A stretch of DNA of 64,000 bases, taken from a bacterium. Lineage in GTDB: Bacteria; UBA8248. How positions within the stretch are numbered: the stretch's first letter is position 1; each line of letters starts with the position of its first letter. The translations under genes and the position numbers were made by a program. Below the pieces are notes generated by a model. That model saw only the letters and a program-made list of their open reading frames with translations. It searched no databases and was not told the DNA's origin. The stretch spans positions 1,440,001 to 1,504,000 of the forward strand of contig OY843592.1 of assembly GCA_963692865.2 (NCBI GenBank). The letters run 5' to 3'. This document shows positions 49,532 through 59,148 of the stretch, piece by piece.

Positions 49532-50992
49532 ATGACGGACAAACGAATCGAAATCGCCATGGTGGCGAGCGAGATGTTTCCCTTCGCCAAATCGGGCGGA
49601 CTGGGCGACGTCATCGGCGCGCTGCCTTTGGCGCTTGGGCGGACGGGCCAAAAGGTCCGCGTCTATCTGCCCGCGTACCGTTCCGTTCTCCGGGAATATC
49701 GGCCCGGCTCCCCCACGCAGGTGGCGGACGTCTTCTCGGATGCGCGCTATGAGGTGTTCTCGCTCGAACACGAGGGCGGTTCGGTCCGGCTCGTCGCCGC
49801 CGATGACCTGTTCGATCGGGACGGGTTCTACGGAGACGCGCGAGGGGCGTTTCCCGACAACGCGGAGCGTTTCGCCCGTTTCGCCAGAGGCGCGCTATCC
49901 CACATGGAGCGGGAGGGAGCGTATCCGTTCATCGTCCATTGCCACGACTGGCAAAGCGCCCTGATACCGCCCTTGCTGAAATACCGCCGCGCGGAAGATG
50001 AGAAGTGGAGCGGGGTCTCCACTGTCTTCACCATCCACAACCTCGCCTATCAGGGCCGGTTCCACCCGGATGACTTCGCGCACACGTCTCTTCCCGATGA
50101 GGCGATGGGCGTCGAGGGCCTGGAGTTTTACGGCGACGTGAACTTCATGAAGGGCGGCATCCTGTTCAGCGACGTCATCTCCACCGTGAGCGGGCGCTAC
50201 GCGCGGGAGATGCTGACGGAAGAGCAGGGAGAAGGGCTCGAAGGCGTGGTTGCCCTTAAGGCTTCCTCATTGTTCGGCATCATGAACGGCATCGACGATG
50301 CGGTCTGGAATCCCGAGAACGACCCCCACATTCCGGCTCCTTTCTCGCCCGCGCACCCGGAGGGCAAGGCGAAGTGCAAGGCCGCGCTTCAGGCGGAGTT
50401 AAGGCTGGACGCGGGCGCGGAGGGGCCTTTGTGCGTCGTCGTCTCGCGGCTGGCGCACCAGAAGGGGATCGACCTCATTCTCGAAACGATGGATGAATTG
50501 ATGGATCTGGGCGTCAGCCTGGCCGTCCTGGGAACCGGCGAGGAGGAACTGGAGGAAGCCCTCGCCGAGGCCGCCTCGATCCACCGGGGCCGGGTGGCTT
50601 TCGCGCCCGCCTACGACGAGGCGCTCTCCCACCGCATGTACGCGGGCGGCGACGTCCTGCTCATGCCCTCGCGCTATGAACCTTCGGGCCTGAACCAGCT
50701 ATACGCCATGCGCTACGGCGCGCTGCCTTACGTGCGGCGCGTCGGCGGACTCGCGGATTCGGTGATTTCATCTACAACGCCCGAGGCGAACGCCGACACC
50801 GGCTTTCATTTCGATGCGTTCGCCGCGTCCGATTTTCTCGCCGGGATGAAGGGAATTTGCCGGGTGTTTTTGGATCAGGGGCTTTGGCGTATGATGATGC
50901 GCAACGCGATGGAGAAGGACTCCGGTTGGGACGGCGTCGCGCCCCGCTACGTCGAGTTGTACGAAAAGGCGATGCGCGCGCAGCCGCGTTGA
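49532..50992 (+). CDS. glgA: Glycogen synthase
   Basis: KSGGLGDV, HCHDWQ, TIHNLAYQG, SRLAHQKG, MPSRYEP. Confidence 0.93.
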   Translation: MTDKRIEIAMVASEMFPFAKSGGLGDVIGALPLALGRTGQKVRVYLPAYRSVLREYRPGSPTQVADVFSDARYEVFSLEHEGGSVRLVAADDLFDRDGFYGDARGAFPDNAERFARFARGALSHMEREGAYPFIVHCHDWQSALIPPLLKYRRAEDEKWSGVSTVFTIHNLAYQGRFHPDDFAHTSLPDEAMGVEGLEFYGDVNFMKGGILFSDVISTVSGRYAREMLTEEQGEGLEGVVALKASSLFGIMNGIDDAVWNPENDPHIPAPFSPAHPEGKAKCKAALQAELRLDAGAEGPLCVVVSRLAHQKGIDLILETMDELMDLGVSLAVLGTGEEELEEALAEAASIHRGRVAFAPAYDEALSHRMYAGGDVLLMPSRYEPSGLNQLYAMRYGALPYVRRVGGLADSVISSTTPEANADTGFHFDAFAASDFLAGMKGICRVFLDQGLWRMMMRNAMEKDSGWDGVAPRYVELYEKAMRAQPR

Positions 50993-51017
50993 GACGGGCC
51001 GAGCAAAGGAGCGGAAC

Positions 51018-52247
51018 TTGGATTCGCGCGATCCCCGAGTCATAGCCTTCGTCATGGCGGGCGGCGCCGGGAACAGGCTTCGTCCCCTCACCGTCGCGCG
51101 CGGCAAGCCTGCCGTGCCGTTCGGATCGAAATACCGCATCATCGACTTCGTGCTGAGCAACCTGGTGAACTCGGGCTATCGCTCCATCTACGTGCTGGTG
51201 CAATACCTGGCCCAATCGCTTATCGAACATCTGAGACGCTCGTGGAACATCAGCGGCACGCTGGGCAAGGATTTCGTGACGGCCGTGCCGCCCCAGCAGC
51301 GCGCGGGCGAGTTCTGGTTCAAGGGGACGGCCGACTCCATCCACCAGAACAGGAACCTGGTGACCGACAACGCGCCCGACATCGTCCTGGTGTTCGGGGC
51401 GGACCACATCTACCGCATGGACGTGAGCCAGATGGTTCGCTTCCATCTCGAACGCGGGGCGGACGCGACCATATCGGCCCTGCCCGCGCCGCTCGAAGAC
51501 GCCCGGGAATTCGGGGTGCTGGCCGTGGACGAGGAAGGCCGTGTGGAGCGTTTCGACGAAAAGCCCCCCCACCCCCGGCCCATGCCGGGGGATTCCTCGC
51601 GCGCGCTCTGCTCCATGGGGAATTACGTGTTTTCCTCCCAGGTGCTGATGGACGCGCTCATCAGCGACGCGGCGCGCGAAGGGGAGCACGACTTCGGGCG
51701 CACCGTCATCCCCGCCCTTCTGGGCGAGCGCAAGAAACTCTACGCCTATGATTTCATGAAGAACGAGATTCCGGGCGTGCGATCCACCGAAGAGAGAGGC
51801 TACTGGCGCGACGTAGGGACCATCAAGAGCTACTGGGAGACGCAGATGGATCTCCTGGGAGAGACGCCGCGCCTCGACTTGAGCAACCCCGGGTGGCCGA
51901 TTCATACCAGCGCCTACCCGGGGCCGGGCAGCCGCATCGTATCCACGCAGGTGGATAACGCCCTGATCGGCGAGGGATGCCAGATTGCGGGGGCGCGGAT
52001 CGATCACTCCGTCATCGGCCGCGGCGTGATTATCGGCAAAGGGGCGGAGATCGTCGATTCCATCGTCATGGATCACACCCGCATCGGAGCAGGAGCCAAG
52101 CTCGAAAAAGCGATTGTCGACAGGTTCAACCGGATAGAAGCGGGCGCTTCTGTGGTGATAGACGAGGCCGAATCCTTTCCCGGCGCCCTTGCCGATCCTT
52201 CGGGCATCGTCGTCTTGCCGCGCGGGTTCACCCGGCCCGTCATATGA
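51018..52247 (+). CDS. glgC: Glucose-1-phosphate adenylyltransferase
   Basis: AGGAGNRL, KPAVPFG, GTAD, DHIYRMD, YWRDVGT. Confidence 0.94.
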   Translation: MDSRDPRVIAFVMAGGAGNRLRPLTVARGKPAVPFGSKYRIIDFVLSNLVNSGYRSIYVLVQYLAQSLIEHLRRSWNISGTLGKDFVTAVPPQQRAGEFWFKGTADSIHQNRNLVTDNAPDIVLVFGADHIYRMDVSQMVRFHLERGADATISALPAPLEDAREFGVLAVDEEGRVERFDEKPPHPRPMPGDSSRALCSMGNYVFSSQVLMDALISDAAREGEHDFGRTVIPALLGERKKLYAYDFMKNEIPGVRSTEERGYWRDVGTIKSYWETQMDLLGETPRLDLSNPGWPIHTSAYPGPGSRIVSTQVDNALIGEGCQIAGARIDHSVIGRGVIIGKGAEIVDSIVMDHTRIGAGAKLEKAIVDRFNRIEAGASVVIDEAESFPGALADPSGIVVLPRGFTRPVI

Positions 52248-53746
52248 ATTCCGTGCGCATTGCGGACATCCGCAGCCGCGCTGAGGCCTTTCTCGGCGAA
52301 TCACGAAAGGAATGGTACGAGGTCGGCGCGGGCCTCAAGGAAGACGTGCGCCTGAGCGAGATTTTCGCCGAATACGCCGACCTCTTCACGCGCGGGAACG
52401 TCGAGGCGCTCGCTGCCCTCGCAGGTTCGGAAGAAGACGAGGCCGAGCGCTCCCGATTGGCCGAACTGCGCGGCTTCCTGACCCTGGCCCACATACGAAA
52501 TGCGACGAGAGAATCGAGCGAGCAGGCGCTTTTGTTCGAGACCAGGACGATGGTGGAAACGTCCGAGGGCGAGTCCATCCCCTACCGGCAAAGCGCCGTC
52601 GCGCTCCTGAACGAGCCGGACCGCGAGAAGCGGAGTTTCCTGGAGAGCGCCCGCTGTGAGGCCCTGGCGGAGAAGAACGGATTTCTGGAGAATATCCATC
52701 GCGCGACCCACGAGATGGCCGACGATTTGGGTTTCGAGGGCTACCTGGGGATGATGGCGGCGGTGAAGCGCTATCCGCTTGCGCCTGTTCGAGACGAGAT
52801 GGCGCGTTTTCTCGGACGCACCGAAGCGCTGTATGCCGAGGCGATGGAGGAGGCGATGCGCAAGGCGGGCGTTCCGCCTTCCTCAGCGCAGCGCCACGAC
52901 GCGCAGCACCTCTCCCGGGGCGCGGACTACGACGCTCTTTTTCCGGCGGAGAAAATCGAAACCTCGGCGCGGGCGGTATGCGCTTCGATGGGCCTTGATC
53001 TTCAGGCGGAGGGCAGGGTGCGCCTCGACATCGAGGACCGTCCGCTCAAGAGCCCCCGCGCGTTTTGCGCCTCCCTGCGCGTGCCCGAAGAGGTCTATCT
53101 CGTCATCAGGCCCCGCGGCGGGTATGACGATTACAGCGCGTTCTGGCACGAACTCGGCCACGCGCTCCATTTCGCAGGCGTGGCGGCGGACGCGCCTTTC
53201 GAGTGGAAGCGCCTGGGGGACAACTCCGTGACGGAGGGCTTCGCCATGCTCTTCGATCATCTTCTGCTCGAGCCGCTCTGGCTGGAAGACGCCCTGGGCG
53301 GGGAGGCGTCGGACTACGCGGCGTTTCTGGCGCACCATGCGCTTTTCGAACTCTACATGCTCAGGCGCTACGCGGCGAAAATCGACTATGAGCTCACGCT
53401 TCACCAGGGCGCGGAACTGGAAGGCAAGGACGCCGCCTACCGGGAGAAGCTGAGCGCGGCGACGCGGGTGGGATACCCTGAAATCTCCTATCTCGACGAC
53501 GTGGATCCGTTTTTCTACTGCGCGAACTATCTTCGGGCTTGGATGCTCCAGGCGCAGATGGCCGAGGTCTTGAAGACGAAGTTCGGCAAGAGGTGGTGGA
53601 CCAATCAGGAAAGCGGCGGATTCCTCATGGATATCTGGCGCGACGGGCAGCGCCACGACGGCGATTCCCTCTCCCGCCACCTGGGCTACCAGAGGCTCAC
53701 AACGGAGCCGCTCGAGGCGCAGATCAGGAACCTCATGCCCCGCTAG
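52244..53746 (+). CDS. Gluzincin (M3-like) metallopeptidase
   Basis: KSPRAFC, HELGHALH, downstream VTEGFA Glu; ATGA overlap with glgC. Confidence 0.7.
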   Translation: MNSVRIADIRSRAEAFLGESRKEWYEVGAGLKEDVRLSEIFAEYADLFTRGNVEALAALAGSEEDEAERSRLAELRGFLTLAHIRNATRESSEQALLFETRTMVETSEGESIPYRQSAVALLNEPDREKRSFLESARCEALAEKNGFLENIHRATHEMADDLGFEGYLGMMAAVKRYPLAPVRDEMARFLGRTEALYAEAMEEAMRKAGVPPSSAQRHDAQHLSRGADYDALFPAEKIETSARAVCASMGLDLQAEGRVRLDIEDRPLKSPRAFCASLRVPEEVYLVIRPRGGYDDYSAFWHELGHALHFAGVAADAPFEWKRLGDNSVTEGFAMLFDHLLLEPLWLEDALGGEASDYAAFLAHHALFELYMLRRYAAKIDYELTLHQGAELEGKDAAYREKLSAATRVGYPEISYLDDVDPFFYCANYLRAWMLQAQMAEVLKTKFGKRWWTNQESGGFLMDIWRDGQRHDGDSLSRHLGYQRLTTEPLEAQIRNLMPR

Positions 53747-53768
53747 CGGGAATGCGAACTACCCCGAC

Positions 53769-54384
53769 GAGGCCGTTGAAAAAGCCCTCCTTGCTCGGAA
53801 TTGACCACCGCCGTCATTCACGCGAAAGCCGGAATGACGATCATAGCCGCACCGCCTCGTGGGGACAGGTCGCGACCTGGGCGGTTCACGAACCGCCCCT
53901 ACGGATGAAACCCTCCCTCCCCGGTCGCGTCGAACCCTCATTCCTCAATCGGGTTCGACCCCCGCAAACCGCCAAGGCCTCTTTCCTCACCCCGAGCAGC
54001 CGCCGGAGGTCAAACGCGACTGAGAAGGGGGTGTTGAAAAACCCCTTGCGAGCCGGTCGGGATCTCACCGTAGGGACCGCATATCATGCGGCCCTGCCTT
54101 GTCGCCTTCACAATACGGGTCGCATGATATGTCAGACATATATGTCTGACCTGCCAACCTCTGCGAAACGAAACGCAGGGGCGGACCTGTGTGTCCGCCC
54201 GACCCCGGAACGGGGTTTTTCGACAGCCCCGAGAAAAGAGCGTTTGCATCGAAGGGCGAGGGGAGTCGAACGCCTCGCGCCGGACGAGAGGCAATCGCTC
54301 CCGCATTGGTTGCGGTTGACCTTCGATACGGCGCTTACGCGCCTACTCAGGATGAGGCGGGGAAGGGGGCTTTTCAACAACCCC
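53769..54384. mobile_element. IS1182-end-bounded compound MITE with two nested insertions
   Basis: Ends GAGGCCGTTGAAAAAGCCC / GGGGGCTTTTCAACAACCCC; backbone matches 20506-20716. Confidence 0.75.
54027..54230. mobile_element. 204-bp IS1182-derived MITE with GAGAA target duplication
   Basis: GAGAA-GGGGGTGTTGAAAAACCCC...GGGGTTTTTCGACAGCCCC-GAGAA; empty site at about 56772-56802. Confidence 0.85.
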
Positions 54385-54417
54385 TACAGGAACGACCGCG
54401 CATTTTCCGCGTAGACC

Positions 54418-55476
54418 CTAGAGCGCGACGGGTTGCCCCTCCTTGCACGAGCGGTCGGCCGCCATGGTGAGGGCGAGTACATCTCTGGCGTGCGCGCCCG
54501 TGGCGAGCCCCACGCCGCCGATTCCCAGGATGTGGCGCACGAAGGCGTCGGTCTCCTCCTTCATGGGGCCGAAGAACTCGCCCATCACGAAGTCCCCCGG
54601 CATGGCGGAGCCCAGGAAGGCCACGTTCACCTGGTGCTCGGGCGTGTAGGGGCAGGGGATCGGATCCTCGGGCGCCAGAATCACGTCCCTGTGCGCGTCG
54701 TCCACGTTCAGCGAGCCTTTCGTGCCTTGCAGGTCGATCTCCATCGTCGCCGTATAGGCGGGCCAGTGGTGGGGCGGGAGCCAGCTCGTGCCCAGCGTGG
54801 CCACGCTCCCGTCGTCGAAGGTGACGATCATCCACTGGAAATCGTCGCGGTTGTATTTTTTGAACACGAAGCTCGCCGAGCGCGCGTAGACCTCGACGGG
54901 TTTTTTCCCCTCCATGTACCAGAGGATGAGGTCGACCATGTAGGTGAGCGTGTTGATGGAGGGCGTGGTGTTGGGCGAGCGTCTCGCCACCGCCTCGCCC
55001 ACGGCGCGCGTGACGTAAATCTTGCCGAGCGCCATCACGATGTCGCCGAGCTGGCCGGCGAAGGCCGCCTGCTTGGCGAGCAGAAAGCGCCTTCTGTAGC
55101 GTTGGGTGTAGCCCACGAAAATCTCCGCGCCAGACGCGTCGGCTTTCGTGAGAATGTCGTCCGCCTCGTCGAGATCGAGCACGAAGGGCTTTTCGATGAG
55201 GGCGGGCTTTCCGAGCTCGGCCGCCAGGGCCGCCGGGCCGTGGTGGAACTCCTCGTCCGAGGAGACGATGACGGCGCCCACGCGCTCGTCGCGTATCGCC
55301 ACCTCGTATTCTTCCGTCGCCACGTCGGCCCGCACCGACTCCGCGAGGCGGTCGAGCTTCTCGGGCACGATGTCGCACACGGCGAGGTAGTCCACCTGGG
55401 GGATCTGCGCGCACGAGTGCGCCCTGAGCGTTCCGATGCCGCCCGCGCCGATGACGGCTACACCTGTCGTTTTCAC
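54418..55476 (-). CDS. Gfo/Idh/MocA family oxidoreductase
   Basis: VIGAGGIG, LIEKP, VGYTQRY. Confidence 0.88.
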   Translation of the reverse strand: MKTTGVAVIGAGGIGTLRAHSCAQIPQVDYLAVCDIVPEKLDRLAESVRADVATEEYEVAIRDERVGAVIVSSDEEFHHGPAALAAELGKPALIEKPFVLDLDEADDILTKADASGAEIFVGYTQRYRRRFLLAKQAAFAGQLGDIVMALGKIYVTRAVGEAVARRSPNTTPSINTLTYMVDLILWYMEGKKPVEVYARSASFVFKKYNRDDFQWMIVTFDDGSVATLGTSWLPPHHWPAYTATMEIDLQGTKGSLNVDDAHRDVILAPEDPIPCPYTPEHQVNVAFLGSAMPGDFVMGEFFGPMKEETDAFVRHILGIGGVGLATGAHARDVLALTMAADRSCKEGQPVAL

Positions 55477-55569
55477 AATCGTCTCCTCACTTTAATTTGC
55501 ATCCGCTTCGTTTCGGGGGAATAATCCCCGTGTCTCAGATAAGTTCCCATCATACATCTGGAGATTTCC

Positions 55570-56547
55570 ATGCGCATCGATGTTCAGACCCATCATGTAC
55601 CACATGCCTACGTCACGGCGCTCGCCGCCCGCTCCGATTTCCCGCGCTACGAGAAGGCGGGGGATTTCTGGTGGGCGTGGGCGAGCCCGTCGCAAAAACT
55701 CCCGATGCGGCTTCCCGCCCTGGACATCGACATCAAGCTCGCCGAGATGGATGAGCAGGAAATCGATATTGCCCTAATCAGCATCAACATTCCAGGCCCG
55801 GACCTCGCCAAAAGCCCCGAAGACGCGGACGAACTCGCGAGAATCGGGAACGACGGCCTGGCCGAGGCGGCGGCGCGCCATCCGGGGCGCTTCCGGGGCG
55901 TGGCGTCGCTCGGCTTCGGCGAGGTGGACGCGGCCTGCCGCGAACTGGAGCGCTGCGTGGACGACCTCGATTTCGTGGGCCTTCAGGTGTTCGCCTACGT
56001 CGGCGGCGAACGCTACATCGACGACGCGGCCCATGAACCCCTCTGGGGTCTTCTGGCCGAGCGCGGCGTTCCGCTCGTGCTGCATCCGGGGCCTTCTCCC
56101 TCGGGGCCGCATTACGAGGATCACTGGCTGGGGCCGATGATCGGCTTCATGTTCGACGAGTGCCTGGCGGCGCTGCGGCTCATCCTGAGCGGCGTGCTGG
56201 AGCGCCACCCGAACCTCAAGGTGTTGCTGCCGCACGGGGGCGCGTCTCTACCGCTGTTCATCGGGCGGGTGGACAACCTGAGTTCGCGCTACCGCGAGGA
56301 TCAGGAACTCATCACGCGCGACCCGAGCGAATACTTCGCGCGCTTCCATACGGACACGGTGGTTCACTCGCAGACGGCGCTCGAGTTCTCCCTACGGGAG
56401 ATGGGCGCGTCGCGCATGATGTTCGCGAGCGACGCTCCCTGGGTGCCCGTGAAGCGCCACGCCGACATGATGGACGCGCTCGATATCTCGGCCGAAGACG
56501 CGGAGAGAATCTGGAGTGGCACGGCGAGGGAGTTCTTCGGGCTGTAG
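55570..56547 (+). CDS. Amidohydrolase_2 family (ACMSD-like decarboxylase/hydratase)
   Basis: IDVQTH, LHP, PHGG, FASDAP. Confidence 0.85.
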   Translation: MRIDVQTHHVPHAYVTALAARSDFPRYEKAGDFWWAWASPSQKLPMRLPALDIDIKLAEMDEQEIDIALISINIPGPDLAKSPEDADELARIGNDGLAEAAARHPGRFRGVASLGFGEVDAACRELERCVDDLDFVGLQVFAYVGGERYIDDAAHEPLWGLLAERGVPLVLHPGPSPSGPHYEDHWLGPMIGFMFDECLAALRLILSGVLERHPNLKVLLPHGGASLPLFIGRVDNLSSRYREDQELITRDPSEYFARFHTDTVVHSQTALEFSLREMGASRMMFASDAPWVPVKRHADMMDALDISAEDAERIWSGTAREFFGL

Positions 56548-56560
56548 GGCGTCCGCCTCA

Positions 56561-56980
56561 GGGGATGTTGAAAAAACCTCCCAATTCCGTGATTCGGCGT
56601 ATGGAAATTTTCGCCCGGGACGGGGAGGTCCCGAGATGTTGGGACGAAAGAACCGCGCCCGGGTGGACTCGTTCGTCGCCAGTTTGCTCGCCGTCCCGGA
56701 GCGGGAGCGTTCCCTTCGTCCTGCGCAGCCGCCGTATTGGCCTCACCCTGAGTAGCCGCCGAAGGTAAAATGCGACTGAGAAAGGAGCGTTTGTATCGAA
56801 GGTTTGACCCTACCTCCTCGGTCGGGTCAAACCCTCGATACGGCGCGCAAGCGCGCCTACTCGGGATGAGGGAGGGGCTTGGTCGCGAGCCGCTGGCCCC
56901 GTTCGGTGTGAGGAAGGTGTTGCGCGCAAGGGCGGCGAATGCGCCGCCATACCCCCCTTGAGGGGGTTTTCAACAGTCCG
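56561..56980. mobile_element. Approx. 420-bp IS1182-end-bounded MITE carrying REP-D (56741-56871)
   Basis: Imperfect ends GGGGATGTTGAAAAAACC / GGGGGTTTTCAACAGTCCG; junction direct repeat (GTCCG)CCTCA. Confidence 0.7.
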
Positions 56981-56982
56981 CC

Positions 56983-57438
56983 TCAGGCGCCGCTTCTCAG
57001 CAGCATGCGCTTCACGTCGTATTCGAGCACGACCTCGCCGTTCTGGTTGCGCACCCTCTGGCGCGTGGAGACGACGCCGCGGTCGGGCCTGCTCCTGGAG
57101 GGCCGCACGTCCGTCGTCTCGACTTCCACCGTCAGCGTATCGCCCACGTAGACCGGCGCGCGCGCCACGAGGCCGTCCACGCCCAGGAGCGCGATCGCGT
57201 AATCGTGCAGAACGCCCGTCTGGACGATCAGGGTATCCGCGATTCCGCAGGTGAACAGGGCCGGGGCCATGCGTTTTTCGTGGCCTTTTTCCCGCAAAAA
57301 CTCCATGTCGAGGAACAGGCTTTCCGTATAGCCCACCAGGTTGACGTAGTTCACCACGTCGGTCTCGGTGATGGTCCTGCCCCGGGTGGTGAACTTGCTC
57401 CCGACTTCCCATTTTTCGAACGCAACGCCTTCGCTCAT
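56983..57438 (-). CDS. MaoC family (hotdog-fold) dehydratase
   Basis: GRTITETDV, APVYVGDTL, SRSRPDRGVV, RNQNGE. Confidence 0.87.
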   Translation of the reverse strand: MSEGVAFEKWEVGSKFTTRGRTITETDVVNYVNLVGYTESLFLDMEFLREKGHEKRMAPALFTCGIADTLIVQTGVLHDYAIALLGVDGLVARAPVYVGDTLTVEVETTDVRPSRSRPDRGVVSTRQRVRNQNGEVVLEYDVKRMLLRSGA

Positions 57439-57594
57439 CGAAACTGAAACCTCCCGAATGATTGTGTGATTCCGCAGAAGGGCGATTCTACAGGCGGTGG
57501 CGGGAATCTTCAAAGTTCGCGGGGGTTCGGTAGTGTCTCATTTTGAAAACGGGAACATCACAAAGGTTGGATAATAAACCGGCGGGTTCCGGCC

Positions 57595-57843
57595 TCAGCC
57601 TCCGGTGCGCTCGATGAGAACCTTTTGCCCTTCGATGAGCGCCTTGAGCGCAGACATGTTCTCTTCTCTGCCATTCCTGATCTCTTCCATATTCTCTTCA
57701 TGGCGGCGGACGCTCCCGCGCTCCCTGTATTCCGTGCCGCGTTGCATCTGCCGGATTCCGTAGAATATCAACCCGAGGCCGATGTATTGCCCGACAACGC
57801 CGAGCGCCGAGAACAACAGGCTGTAGGATTCATAAGGCGTCAT
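57595..57843 (-). CDS. N-terminal TM + coiled-coil protein, distant paralogue of the 29795/30994 genes
   Basis: LIFYGIRQM...RRHEENM...ENMSALKALI..LIERTGG. Confidence 0.65.
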   Translation of the reverse strand: MTPYESYSLLFSALGVVGQYIGLGLIFYGIRQMQRGTEYRERGSVRRHEENMEEIRNGREENMSALKALIEGQKVLIERTGG

Positions 57844-58216
57844 GTGACTTTCTCCACCGCATCGCCCGGCCACTTCCGTCCACCGGGGTCCGCAGCCGTT
57901 CCGCTTTCCCCGTTGACGGAGTACCAAAGTCTCATATGGCCTCATAGGGCGTAAAGTCCATTTTTGAACGATCGATTCAATTGTCTTCTGCCCACCAGTA
58001 GATGACTCCGAACGGCGTCGAAGGGTGGGGTTCGAGCGATCATTGCCGAATCTGGATAGAGGTCGGCCCCTGGCGGGTCAACAGGATGGGCGCGAAAGAC
58101 GCTTCTATGGAAATGGAATAATCGCCAGAATATCAATAACGTAACCAGGATGGAACCTGGCGGCGTCCAAAGGTATAATAGGCGAGTCGCCGGTAATGTC
58201 TTTGCTGGGGGGGTGG

Positions 58217-58960
58217 ATGATGAAGCGTATCGCAATCGCCGTCTCGTTGGGTGTTTTGGCGGTCGTTTTTCTCGTAAGCGTCGCGTCGGCGGATGGGCGT
58301 CGCGGAAACCGCCACGGGTATCAAAGGCATCATAAATACAAATCGGGTCGACACCACAGAGTGCGTCAACACCGCAAATGGCGTCGCCATCATCGCCGTC
58401 CCCGCGTCGTCGTCCGCCATAACTTCTGGTACGGCTATCCTGTGTGGTACGGCTATCCGGTCTGGACCGGCCCCCGCGTCATTTACCGCTCCTATCCGCG
58501 CGAGCGTTACGTCTACCATCCCGCAGATGATGATTGCGCGGCATATTACGTCAATAACGACAACGAGGTTCTCGGCTCGGTGATCGGCGCGATCGGCGGC
58601 GGCGTCATCGGCCATCAGGTCGGCAAGGGAAGCGGACAGGCGTTGGCCACCTTCGCGGGCGTGCTGCTCGGCAGCGTCGTGGGCGGGCAGATAGGCCGCG
58701 ACCTCGATGAGGCCGAGCGGCTCAAGCTCGCCGGCGCCACGCAGTACGCGCTCGAGAACCAGCGCTCCGGCACGCGCACCGTGTGGGACAACCCCGAGGG
58801 GCGGGTCTGCGGCGTCGTCGTTCCCAGGCCGGCGTTCAAGAACGAACTCGACCAGTACTGCCGGGAGTTCCAGCAGACGATTGTCGTAGGCGGCGAGAAG
58901 CAAAACGCCTACGGCACCGCCTGCAGACAGCCCGACGGGCAATGGAAGATCGTCAACTAA
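58217..58960 (+). CDS. Glycine-zipper / RT0821-Lpp0805 (17-kDa antigen-like) surface protein
   Basis: Signal peptide, Gly-zipper 2TM, WDNP, YCREFQQTIVVGG..AYGTACRQPDGQWKI. Confidence 0.85.
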   Translation: MMKRIAIAVSLGVLAVVFLVSVASADGRRGNRHGYQRHHKYKSGRHHRVRQHRKWRRHHRRPRVVVRHNFWYGYPVWYGYPVWTGPRVIYRSYPRERYVYHPADDDCAAYYVNNDNEVLGSVIGAIGGGVIGHQVGKGSGQALATFAGVLLGSVVGGQIGRDLDEAERLKLAGATQYALENQRSGTRTVWDNPEGRVCGVVVPRPAFKNELDQYCREFQQTIVVGGEKQNAYGTACRQPDGQWKIVN

Positions 58961-59148
58961 TCTACTGACGTCTATGGGTTTTGTTGAAATAATCCCCCCG
59001 ATACAGCAAATGGATTTCTGAATCCACATACGCTTATGGAATGACTCCCCCCTCGGGAAGCCCGACCCTCAAAAGGGGCTGTTGAAAAAGTCCCAGGAAG
59101 CGATTCTGAGTTGCGCGCATGCTTTTTGAAGTTCACTCCCCCCTTGAG

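Noticed and set aside
57900-58140. Possible gene remnant (MDFTPYEAI*) upstream of the third heptad-family gene
   Set aside because: Similarity to MTPYES is too short to support
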